Source: a virus (Duplodnaviria; Heunggongvirae; Uroviricota; Caudoviricetes). From it: DNA of 32,452 nucleotides. Made by a program: the position numbers and the translations under genes. The stretch covers positions 64,001 through 96,452 of the IMG/VR virus record IMGVR_UViG_3300028275_000480. One strand, 5' to 3'. Of this stretch, positions 1 to 7,642 are shown piece by piece. Position 1 is the stretch's first letter; the number at the start of each line of letters is the position of its first letter. Under the pieces are notes generated by a model. The model was given only the letters and a program-made list of their open reading frames with translations. It did no database searches and was not told the DNA's origin.

Positions 1-1
1 T

Positions 2-259
2 GGAGATATAGAGTTTCATAAAGATCGCGGGCATACAAATCTTTGGCGTGATACATTTTGTATAGACTTTGAAAAAACCACAACCTATCAATCTCCTGTT
101 TCTATTGAACCTGTAGAAAACGAATTGCTTATGTTTCCTTCTTTATTAAATCACAATGTTGCACAAAACAAATCTAAAGAAGAAAGATATAGTCTAGCAT
201 TTAATGTTTTTCCTCGAGGAATAATTGGGCAAGGCGGAAATAGTGAAATTACACTATGA
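2..259 (+). CDS. 5'-truncated 2OG-Fe(II) oxygenase-like protein (TIGR02466-like), paralog of the next gene
   Basis: Frame 2 is open from the window edge: GDIEFHKD...ELLMFPSLLNHNV...RYSLAFNVFPRG..., closely matching the C-terminus of 256..885. TGA at 257-259 overlaps the next ATG (ATGA). Confidence 0.8.
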   Translation, partial: GDIEFHKDRGHTNLWRDTFCIDFEKTTTYQSPVSIEPVENELLMFPSLLNHNVAQNKSKEERYSLAFNVFPRGIIGQGGNSEITL

Positions 260-885
260 TGGATTATTCTGTTACACCCTTGTTCCCTGTTCCTCTTTAC
301 AGAACTCCGTTGGGTAGTTTAGAAAAACATATTAGAGAATTAATTAATACTCTTGAATTTGAAGAGATGCCTTCTAAAAACGGACATTACACCGTTAACA
401 AATATATTTTAGATCAGGAACAATTTGCTCCGCTAAAGAAAAGAATACAACAGCACGTAGATAATTTTCTTTATGAAGTTTTGGGTTGCGATAAAAATTT
501 ACAATTTCAAATACAGAACAGCTGGATCAATAGACATCAATTGAATGACTGGGCAGAATCGCATAGGCATAACAACAGCCTCATCAGTGGAGTTTATTAT
601 ATCGATGTTAATGACGAATCTGGTGCAATAACCTTTTTAAAAGATAAAAGTCATTATAATCTTTGGCCTGAAATGATCGACGTTGAAATTGATCAAACAA
701 AATTAAATTTTTTTAATGCTCAAACTTGGGATGTTATTCCAAAGAAGAACGATCTTGTTATGTTTCCTTCTTTGTTATATCATTCAGTAAGTGAAAATAA
801 ATCAACCAAAATAAGGTATAGTTTAGCCTTTAATGTATTTCCAAGAGGAACATTGGGCGGTTCTATAAACACGTTAAAAATATGA
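256..885 (+). CDS. Putative 2OG-Fe(II) oxygenase (TIGR02466-like, phage type)
   Basis: SWIN..., HxH (HRH), SGVYY, LVMFPSLLYHSV and RYSLAFN motifs typical of the DSBH fold. Confidence 0.8.
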   Translation: MMDYSVTPLFPVPLYRTPLGSLEKHIRELINTLEFEEMPSKNGHYTVNKYILDQEQFAPLKKRIQQHVDNFLYEVLGCDKNLQFQIQNSWINRHQLNDWAESHRHNNSLISGVYYIDVNDESGAITFLKDKSHYNLWPEMIDVEIDQTKLNFFNAQTWDVIPKKNDLVMFPSLLYHSVSENKSTKIRYSLAFNVFPRGTLGGSINTLKI

Positions 886-1184
886 AATGCGAACAAGGCG
901 ACATTGCCAAAATCATTATGAGCCTTCGTCCACAAAACATAGGCAAAACCGTTTTGGTAGAAAATTATATTGGACACTTTAAACAAGGTGAAGAATTTGA
1001 TTTTCGTGGTATTATATGTAAAGCACAGATTACAGATCATTATTGGTGGATTAGCACCGACCACGGACTCCAAAATATGCTAGGCGATACACCCAAAGCA
1101 TACATCCCGGACACTTGGCTTGAGCCTCTTCGTCCAAACAAACTTAGCCAAAAAGAAGAAGAAAAACTTGACTTAACTGCTTAA
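882..1184 (+). CDS. Hypothetical phage protein
   Basis: 100-aa ORF with ATGA overlap to the upstream gene; no recognised motif. Confidence 0.7.
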   Translation: MKCEQGDIAKIIMSLRPQNIGKTVLVENYIGHFKQGEEFDFRGIICKAQITDHYWWISTDHGLQNMLGDTPKAYIPDTWLEPLRPNKLSQKEEEKLDLTA

Positions 1185-1204
1185 CGGTAGCATAATTACC
1201 CTAT

Positions 1205-1280
1205 GCGCTAGTAGCCAAGTGGAACGGCAGGAGCCTCTAAAACTCCAGAAGCGTGAGTTCGATTCTCACCTAGCGCACCA
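1205..1280 (+). tRNA. tRNA with CUA anticodon (amber suppressor), CCA encoded
   Basis: Acceptor stem GCGCTAG/CTAGCGC, D stem GCC/GGC, anticodon arm GGAGC-CTCTAAA-ACTCC (CTA at 1237-1239; C-A mismatch at the loop-closing pair), T arm GTGAG-TTCGATT-CTCAC, discriminator A, then CCA; 76 nt. Confidence 0.92.
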
Positions 1281-1290
1281 AAGGATTTAT

Positions 1291-1527
1291 ATGCAGTTTA
1301 AAACCAAAGAAGAAGCAGAAGCATTCGTTCGCAAGATCATGGGACCTCCTAAGCGTAGGCTAGAAGGTGCTGAACACGATCGAGTTTGGTTAATGCTGCA
1401 AATGACAGAACCGGTCAGAGAGACTAACAATCAACATAGCTGGTGTGCAGAATACAACATTGGCGGAATAATGTACGATGTGCATTATTTCCCAGAAGAA
1501 GATCCGTTTATAGAGCAGTATCTATAA
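1291..1527 (+). CDS. Hypothetical protein (start moved from 1219, which lies inside the tRNA)
   Basis: AAGGA SD at 1281-1285 and ATG at 1291 (MQFKTKEEAEAF...), in frame with the track ORF. Confidence 0.7.
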   Translation: MQFKTKEEAEAFVRKIMGPPKRRLEGAEHDRVWLMLQMTEPVRETNNQHSWCAEYNIGGIMYDVHYFPEEDPFIEQYL

Positions 1528-1530
1528 ATA
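1523..1530 (+). promoter_or_regulatory. T4-type late promoter box TATAAATA
   Basis: Exact T4 late consensus ahead of 1608..2375. Related (A/T)TAAATA boxes end at about 3536, 4945, 7876, 12292, 16004, 20075, 21440 and 26447, all in or at intergenic junctions. Confidence 0.6.
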
Positions 1531-1607
1531 GATGCGTGGGAAGGTCCCACAACCAACACTCTTTAAATGATAGGTACTTAGAGTGTGTACCGTAAAAGGA
1601 GAAAGTA

Positions 1608-2375
1608 ATGATGTACGAATCAAAATTAGCCGCGGCTATCAAAGTTAAAGGCAAAGTCCTAAGAGAATTTAAGGACACCGTTTATGTTCCGTTTGGATCA
1701 GAATATTCAATACTACTTAAGAATCTACATACGACCCGTGCTGTCGTTAACGTATATATCGACGGTGATGATATGGTCCCTGGTGGCATTGTTCTTAACG
1801 CTGGACAAGAAGTCGACCTCGAGCGATCAGTCAAAAACGGCAATCTCACAGAAGGCAACAAGTTCAAGTTCATCGAAAGAACAGGCGCAGTGGAGCAACA
1901 CCGAGGTGCCAAACTTGAAGACGGACTGGTAAGAATCGAATTCCAATTTGAACAGCCTGTTCGTCCAATTACCTGGACAACTAATACTGCCTATTACGGC
2001 GATAATAAAATCTACCCACAAGGCGGAATTCTGCGTGGATCTACAGCAGATTGGGCTGCACCGGCAGGATCAGTAACCTGTTCTGCAACTATGGATAGTT
2101 ATAGTACAGCATCTGCTCAGGCATTTGTTAATCAAGTTAACGATGTTGGCATTACCGTTCCAGGTAGCAAGAGTGAGCAAAAGTTTACCACTACCTATGT
2201 AGGTGCATTAGAAAGTACTAAACATTCTATGGTGTTTAAGATTTTGGGAGGAGAAGCCGTTAAAGAAGCTGTTACGGTTAAACATAAACCAAAATGCGTA
2301 ACCTGCGGTAAACAGAATAAGGCAACTGCTAAGTTCTGCGTAGAGTGTGGCACAGCACTAGAAATTTTTGCTTAA
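1608..2375 (+). CDS. Conserved hypothetical phage protein with C-terminal zinc ribbon
   Basis: AAGGAG SD; C-terminal CVTCG...FCVECG (CxxC-x10-CxxC). Confidence 0.75.
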   Translation: MMYESKLAAAIKVKGKVLREFKDTVYVPFGSEYSILLKNLHTTRAVVNVYIDGDDMVPGGIVLNAGQEVDLERSVKNGNLTEGNKFKFIERTGAVEQHRGAKLEDGLVRIEFQFEQPVRPITWTTNTAYYGDNKIYPQGGILRGSTADWAAPAGSVTCSATMDSYSTASAQAFVNQVNDVGITVPGSKSEQKFTTTYVGALESTKHSMVFKILGGEAVKEAVTVKHKPKCVTCGKQNKATAKFCVECGTALEIFA

Positions 2376-2382
2376 TCTGTCC

Positions 2383-2419
2383 AAAGGGCCTTGACTGGCC
2401 CTTTTAATGGCACTATAAT
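2383..2419 (+). promoter_or_regulatory. sigma70 promoter whose -35 box lies in the loop of a terminator-like hairpin
   Basis: TTGACT (2391-2396), 17 nt, TATAAT (2414-2419); hairpin AAAGGGCC-TTGACT-GGCCCTTT followed by T. Confidence 0.8.
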
Positions 2420-2453
2420 TAAATCGTTGTTTAAACTAATTGAAAAGACTCAG

Positions 2454-3530
2454 ATGACATATTTCCTAAAACAAGGCAATTCATATACCGTTAGCAAAAA
2501 AGAATCTCTTGATCTTCATGAGCACCTACCTGCTGGCAATTATGTTATTAAGAAAAACGAAATGACTGGTCAATTGTATCTTGAAGCAATTGATAAATTT
2601 GCAATTGGTAGCAAAGTCTACGGAGACACTATTAAACGTGCAGATCGTATTCTTAATACATTTCAAAGTCGTCCTTCTACTACCGGTGTAATGCTTACCG
2701 GAGAAAAAGGTTCTGGCAAGACCTTGCTGGCTAAGATGCTGTCTGTAAAAGGCTATGAGCAAGACATTCCTACTATTGTAATTAATGCTCCTTGGTGTGG
2801 AGATTTGTTTAATGCGTTTATTCAAAGTATTGAACAACCGTTGATTGTAATTTTTGACGAGTTTGAAAAAGTATACGACGAACAAGAGCAAGAAGCTATG
2901 CTTACACTCCTTGACGGTGTGTATCCAACTAAGAAGTTGTTCGTGCTAACCTGTAACGACAAATGGCGTGTGAATAGTCATATGCGTAATCGTCCAGGCC
3001 GTATCTTCTATTCACTAGAGTACAAAGGTCTTGATGCAGATTTTATTCGTGAATATTGCCATGATAACCTTAAGGCTAAAGAGCATATCGAAAAGATTGT
3101 AGGTATTGCAGGAACTTTTGACGAGTTCAATTTTGACATGCTTAAAGCACTTGTTGAGGAAATGAATCGTTATAACGAAACTCCTCAAGAAGCAATGAGT
3201 ATGCTTAATACCAAACCCGAATATGGTGACAGCTCTAGCTATACAATCAAGCTGGTCGTTAATGGCGAAGAAGTCAAAGACACTAGCTACGAGGAAAAAG
3301 AGTGGCACGGTAACCCGCTTAACAAGAGTGTTAGCGTTAGCTACAAGGTGGTTGAGCAAGAAGGTACTGATGAGGAAGTTTGGGATTGGGAAAGTGTTCG
3401 TTTTAGCCCTGCTGAACTTAAGAAAATCGATGCCAACGGCACTAAGTATGTCTTTACAAAAGACGATGGTGTGAGCTTGATCCTTACTAAGGTTAAGACC
3501 AAAGGTTACTCTTACTGGGATGCCTTTTAA
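2454..3530 (+). CDS. AAA+ ATPase
   Basis: Walker A GEKGSGKT, Walker B VIFDEFEK, R-P-G-R arginine-finger region. Start moved to ATG 2454 because the track start TTG 2391 is the -35 box. Confidence 0.88.
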   Translation: MTYFLKQGNSYTVSKKESLDLHEHLPAGNYVIKKNEMTGQLYLEAIDKFAIGSKVYGDTIKRADRILNTFQSRPSTTGVMLTGEKGSGKTLLAKMLSVKGYEQDIPTIVINAPWCGDLFNAFIQSIEQPLIVIFDEFEKVYDEQEQEAMLTLLDGVYPTKKLFVLTCNDKWRVNSHMRNRPGRIFYSLEYKGLDADFIREYCHDNLKAKEHIEKIVGIAGTFDEFNFDMLKALVEEMNRYNETPQEAMSMLNTKPEYGDSSSYTIKLVVNGEEVKDTSYEEKEWHGNPLNKSVSVSYKVVEQEGTDEEVWDWESVRFSPAELKKIDANGTKYVFTKDDGVSLILTKVKTKGYSYWDAF

Positions 3531-3538
3531 TAAATAAC

Positions 3539-3597
3539 AAGTCCTGGACACGCGGACTTAAAAACGAGGTGGGAGACAGGTGGAAGCCCTGCACTTT
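3539..3597 (+). other. Candidate structured 5' leader RNA (two hairpins) abutting the SD of the amber-containing gene
   Basis: AAGTCC/GGACTT stem; AGGTG/CACTT enclosing CAGG/CCTG with a purine bulge; GC-rich island in AT-rich spacer. Confidence 0.45.
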
Positions 3598-3611
3598 TAA
3601 AGGAAAATAAA

Positions 3612-4190
3612 ATGACAAAATAGATTGAATATGCTTGTAAGGATGTAGTGTTCCATTTTAATAAAAAACACTTAGAAGACCAAACCGTTCCCATGTGGGT
3701 CTTAAAATTTCATGGTGAAACATTGTATGTTAATCACGTAGACTGCTCAGTTCCTTGGAGTACTAAGGAAACACCTGATAATAGTCATACTAAAGGTAGC
3801 ATCAAAGTCAAGGACGTATTGTTACGTGTCAATGACAACAACGAAGCTACAATCTCCACACTAACTATCTATGACAAATATCGACTTCGTAATCAGAAGT
3901 TAGGTATCACTCGAATTATGTTCAGTCCGGGTACGGCTTTTCATAAAGCTCTCCAAAAAAATGAGTTTAAACATAGTCCGTTTAAAACTATACAAGGTCG
4001 ATGTAGTAGTTCGTTTGTCATCTGTGATCTATTAAACAAAGCAGAAGTCACAATGGCTGGATTAAAGTTTATGGGGCAGTTTAGGATTGTCAAACCAAAC
4101 GAGAGTTATTTCCAAGAGTATGATGAAATTAAAGGAGATAACATTCCTGTAGACTATAGTCATCCTAGTACACCTTTTGAGTATTCATAA
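3612..4190 (+). CDS. Hypothetical protein with in-frame TAG at codon 4 (MTK*IEYACKDVVFHFNKKHLED...); alternative start GTG 3648
   Basis: AAGGA at 3600-3604, 7-nt spacer, then ATG ACA AAA TAG ATT GAA TAT GCT TGT AAG GAT GTA GTG, in frame with track ORF 3648..4190. Confidence 0.65.
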
Positions 4191-4192
4191 GA

Positions 4193-4221
4193 TTGACAAA
4201 TTTTTAAAAAGGCCTTAAAAT
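4193..4221 (+). promoter_or_regulatory. sigma70 promoter, probably giving a leaderless mRNA
   Basis: TTGACA, 17 nt, TAAAAT; ATG 4228 only 6 nt after the -10 box, with no SD. Confidence 0.7.
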
Positions 4222-4227
4222 AGTTAA

Positions 4228-4935
4228 ATGATATTACATGCATTTGGTGATAGTTTTGTTTCGGGGTACCAGGACGATTTTATCCATATATTAGGATACG
4301 ATCCTGGTCACGGAATGGAATTTGAAGAACGAGAAGAATATCTAAAATACAATGTAAGTTTTGCAGCATTAATTGCCAAACATCTTGGATTTAAATTTAA
4401 AAATTATGCAGAAAGAGGGAGTGGAAATTTTCCTCAGCTTGATAAATTAACAACAAGATTGCGAGCCGGAAAAATAAAATCTGGAAACATTGTATTATTT
4501 GGAATTACAACGCCAATTCGAGATAGACTTTTTTTTGCCGAAGATGTTAAAATTCATAATGAAGAATTAAGTGGACCAATTTTAATCGATAGAGAACTAA
4601 TAACATCTCAAAGATTAGACAAAGTAATTGATTCTGATTATTTTTATATTCTTTGTATATTAGAACAACTTGAAAGAATTTTTGGAATAAAAATAATTAA
4701 ATTTAATCTATTTGGAACACCTCCTCCCGTTCCTTATAATTTTATAAATTATATCAACGAAGGAACATTAATTGATATTTTAAATGATACATGGGGGCAA
4801 AAAATAAAAAATCAGTATCATACCAATATTGATGTTCCGGCGGGTTACGAAAATTTGTATACTTTGAAAAAACATCCGTCGATTGAAGGGCATAAAAAAA
4901 TAGCATCTTGGTTTATTAATAATGTTAAACTATAA
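4228..4935 (+). CDS. SGNH/GDSL-like hydrolase-fold hypothetical protein
   Basis: N-terminal AFGDSF block and C-terminal HPSIEGH block. Confidence 0.65.
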   Translation: MILHAFGDSFVSGYQDDFIHILGYDPGHGMEFEEREEYLKYNVSFAALIAKHLGFKFKNYAERGSGNFPQLDKLTTRLRAGKIKSGNIVLFGITTPIRDRLFFAEDVKIHNEELSGPILIDRELITSQRLDKVIDSDYFYILCILEQLERIFGIKIIKFNLFGTPPPVPYNFINYINEGTLIDILNDTWGQKIKNQYHTNIDVPAGYENLYTLKKHPSIEGHKKIASWFINNVKL

Positions 4936-4949
4936 TTGTTAAATATAAG

Positions 4950-5266
4950 TTATTGCTGTATGAAGCAGATAGAAAAGTGTTCTGGACGCGGGTTCGACTC
5001 CCGCCTGGTCCACCAGAGAGAGCATTAGAGAACCGTTACTAAGGGCTTTGGCCGCGGTGTAGCAGACGTCATGCTAGTGTTCTCCCTAATGGGCCAGTCA
5101 AGGTTTCGACAGGGCAAAGAGTAAGGAAGTGGACAGCACGGGAATGTGAAACCCGTAGGGTTGGGGGAACCCGGCCGAAGAAGCAAAAAAAGTAAACGCA
5201 AACGATACACGTTTCGCATTAGCCGCTTAAGGCTTTGGGTAGCCATACCTCGAAACAGAAAATGGT
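4950..5266 (+). ncRNA. ssrA: Circularly permuted (two-piece) tmRNA; outer boundaries approximate
   Basis: Acceptor piece first (T arm GCGGG-TTCGACT-CCCGC, CTGGTCC-A-CCA ending 5015), then a 75-nt intervening segment, then the 5' piece GGGCCAG...TTCGAC from 5091 giving G3:U70. TGCTGT (4954-4959) pairs with ACAGCA (5133-5138). Tag ORF 5198-5230 = ANDTRFALAA*. Confidence 0.92.
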
Positions 5267-5295
5267 AAAAATGGCGTCTTTTGACGCCATTTTTT
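5267..5295 (+). terminator. Intrinsic terminator after tmRNA (A- and T-tracts suggest bidirectional)
   Basis: AAAAATGGCGTC-TTTT-GACGCCATTTTTT. Confidence 0.88.
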
Positions 5296-5296
5296 A

Positions 5297-5325
5297 TTGC
5301 ATCTGCACAAGTAAGACTATATACT
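5297..5325 (+). promoter_or_regulatory. sigma70-like promoter for the beta-barrel gene
   Basis: TTGCAT, 17 nt, TATACT immediately after the terminator. Confidence 0.55.
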
Positions 5326-5424
5326 TGCTAATGATCAGTGTTACTACTGATTATTTTTCTGTCGTGTTGTTATAGGTTTAATACAAAAAGTTATCACACA
5401 CGATTACACATAAGAGGATATTAT

Positions 5425-5979
5425 ATGAAGAAAATTGCATTAGCAACTCTGTTGGCTCTAGCTGTAGGTTCAGCTTCGGCCGTTGAAGTAAGAGTAGAAG
5501 GTCAGGACGCAGATGGCAAAAACGGTACTGCTAGTCAGAACGTTGTTGAATTAAGCGTTAAAGAATCTATCACTAAAAACTTCGCAGGAGATGTTACCTT
5601 TAAGCAATATCGTACGGACGGTACTCACGCTCTAGCAAATCGTGTTGAAGCAGGTGTTACTGCATCAAGCACATACGGCGCATTCACACCCTACACTCGT
5701 GTAGCAATTGGTGAAAAATACGCAAGCGGAGCAGCCGGTTATGGCTATTGGTCTGCTGAACCAGGTCTTGGTGTTGCACTAGGAAGCGGTGTTACTGCTA
5801 GCCTAGGATGGAGATACCAAAACGCATTTAGCGATAGCCAAAATGACCAAACACGTACATGGCGTGCCAAGGTAGGGTATGATGTAACTGCAAAAGATAA
5901 CGTTTATGTTGGCTTTGACCAAATCCGTGGTGACAGCGAACAAAATGTTGCCAAGGTTGGTTACATTCATCGTTTCTAA
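5425..5979 (+). CDS. Small outer-membrane beta-barrel (porin-like) protein
   Basis: AAGAGGA SD; signal peptide MKKIALATLLALAVGSASA; alternating amphipathic strands; C-terminal GYIHRF (aromatic-x-x-x-F BAM-type signal). Confidence 0.78.
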   Translation: MKKIALATLLALAVGSASAVEVRVEGQDADGKNGTASQNVVELSVKESITKNFAGDVTFKQYRTDGTHALANRVEAGVTASSTYGAFTPYTRVAIGEKYASGAAGYGYWSAEPGLGVALGSGVTASLGWRYQNAFSDSQNDQTRTWRAKVGYDVTAKDNVYVGFDQIRGDSEQNVAKVGYIHRF

Positions 5980-5996
5980 TTCAATTAGATTCACCC

Positions 5997-6018
5997 AAGG
6001 CCCTTCGGGGCCTTTTTT
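5997..6018 (+). terminator. Intrinsic terminator
   Basis: AAGGCCC-TTCG-GGGCCTT-TTTT. Confidence 0.9.
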
Positions 6019-6039
6019 AACCTATTGAATTTATTGCTT

Positions 6040-6125
6040 ATTGATTTTTCCTATAAGCGTTATTAAAATAATTTCAGAAAAAACCTATTAATTTGCTTGA
6101 TTAATAGGATAATTAAATGTATAGT
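6040..6125 (+). promoter_or_regulatory. ahpC promoter with overlapping inverted repeat and an OxyR/LysR-like upstream half-site
   Basis: TTGATT (6097-6102), 17 nt, TATAGT (6120-6125) with TG extension; perfect IR CCTATTAAT-N7-ATTAATAGG (6084-6108); ATTG-N7-CTAT at 6040-6054. Confidence 0.55.
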
Positions 6126-6180
6126 AAGTGCATAGGACAATATGTCTTACGTAGTTTTCAAACACAGACAAGGAGATAAA

Positions 6181-6714
6181 ATGAAAACGGTTGGTAATAA
6201 AATTGAAAAGTTTGCCGTAACAGGCGTTAACCCAGGTAAGGATGATTTCTTTACTATTACAGACGAAAGCTTCGCTGGCAAGTGGAAAGTAATTGTTTAC
6301 TATCCAAAGGACTTTACATTCGTATGTCCAACTGAAATCGTTGCCTATGATAAGTTGGCAGGTGATTTCAAAGACCGTGACGCAGTATTGCTAACAGGTT
6401 CAACAGACAATGAGTTCTGTAAACTTGCCTGGCAGAAGGCTCATCCAGATCTTGCCAAGATCACACACGTTCAGTTTGCTGACACACAACGTGGTGAGTT
6501 GTCATTGATTGAGCAACTTGGTGTATTCTATGCTCCAGCAGGTGCCGCACTTCGTGCAACATTCATTGTTGACCCAGACAATGTTATTCAACACGTTACC
6601 GTAAACAACTTGAACGTTGGTCGTTCACCAGAAGAAACATTGCGTATTCTTGACGCATTGCAAACTGGCGAACTATGTGCATGTAACCGTGCAGTCGGCG
6701 GCGAAACTCTTTAA
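6181..6714 (+). CDS. ahpC: Peroxiredoxin (alkyl hydroperoxide reductase C)
   Basis: YYPKDFTFVCPTEI peroxidatic motif and TGELC resolving-Cys region; AGGAG SD before ATG 6181. Confidence 0.95.
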   Translation: MKTVGNKIEKFAVTGVNPGKDDFFTITDESFAGKWKVIVYYPKDFTFVCPTEIVAYDKLAGDFKDRDAVLLTGSTDNEFCKLAWQKAHPDLAKITHVQFADTQRGELSLIEQLGVFYAPAGAALRATFIVDPDNVIQHVTVNNLNVGRSPEETLRILDALQTGELCACNRAVGGETL

Positions 6715-6722
6715 GGACTAAT

Positions 6723-7133
6723 ATGTTAGAATGTTTGATTCTAGGCGATAGCCTTGCAGTTGGTGTGGGACAAGTTCGTACAGAATGTGCGACCTATGCT
6801 AAGTCGGGTATTAATAGTTACGACTATGTAAATCGTCATGTATTCAATACCGGCGGTAATAATGAAGCTAAAAGTATTATTATTAGCCTAGGATCAAACG
6901 ATCTTAAGAATATTAATACTTTTGAAGAGCTTGATACACTTAGACATTTAATAAAAGCAGACAGAGTCTATTGGATTATTCCTGCTATTAAAGAAGAGAA
7001 ACGTCAGGCTGTTCAAAAAGTAGCTGAGAAATATAAAGATTTTGTCATTGATGCCCGGCAACATCAACTTAGTGCAGACGGTGTTCATCCAACCGGCAAA
7101 GGATATAAATCAATAGCGGAGAAAACAAAATGA
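6723..7133 (+). CDS. Small SGNH hydrolase-like protein
   Basis: LILGDSL, SLGSND and DGVHP blocks. Confidence 0.75.
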   Translation: MLECLILGDSLAVGVGQVRTECATYAKSGINSYDYVNRHVFNTGGNNEAKSIIISLGSNDLKNINTFEELDTLRHLIKADRVYWIIPAIKEEKRQAVQKVAEKYKDFVIDARQHQLSADGVHPTGKGYKSIAEKTK

Positions 7134-7642
7134 CACAATGGGTAGACACACTTAAAGAAGGCTTACCAGAATATGCCAAGGATACAAAACTAAATCTGGA
7201 CGCAGTAATTAAACGCAGTTCGTTGCCAGTTGAAGAAGCAGAAGGTTGCGCACTAGCGGCAGCTATGTCAACAGGTAACGGAAAACTGATCTCTTACATC
7301 ATGAGCAACATTGCTGATGAGAAAGAACGTGATGCTGCTATGACTGCTGGTTCACTAATGGCACAAAACAATGTATGGTATCCATATGTTGAAATGGTTG
7401 GCGGTGACCTGGAAGGTATTCCGCCGCAGCTAAGAATGAACGCAATTGCCAGCCATGGCGGTACAACTAAGGCTCGATTTGAAAGTTATAGTTTGGCCGC
7501 AAGCATAGTTGGTAAATGCCATTTCTGTGTCAAGGCACATTATGATACATTGAAACAAGAAGGTTATTCAGTTGACCAGCTTCGTGACATTGGCCGTATT
7601 GCTGCCGTGATTAATAGTCTTGCTAAGGTGTTAAACGGCTGA
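7130..7642 (+). CDS. ahpD: Alkylhydroperoxidase AhpD
   Basis: LPEYAKDTKLNL N-terminus and S-IVGKCHFCVKAH CxxC motif; follows ahpC. Confidence 0.92.
   Translation: MTQWVDTLKEGLPEYAKDTKLNLDAVIKRSSLPVEEAEGCALAAAMSTGNGKLISYIMSNIADEKERDAAMTAGSLMAQNNVWYPYVEMVGGDLEGIPPQLRMNAIASHGGTTKARFESYSLAASIVGKCHFCVKAHYDTLKQEGYSVDQLRDIGRIAAVINSLAKVLNG

Noticed and set aside
1219-1290. Track start of ORF 1219..1527
   Set aside because: It lies inside the tRNA; ATG 1291 has a proper SD.
1281-1340. HDV-like theta ribozyme after the suppressor tRNA
   Set aside because: CCA is followed directly by the SD and ATG of the next gene; no nested pseudoknot is visible.
5025-5246. Minus-strand 73-aa ORF
   Set aside because: Antisense shadow of the tmRNA.
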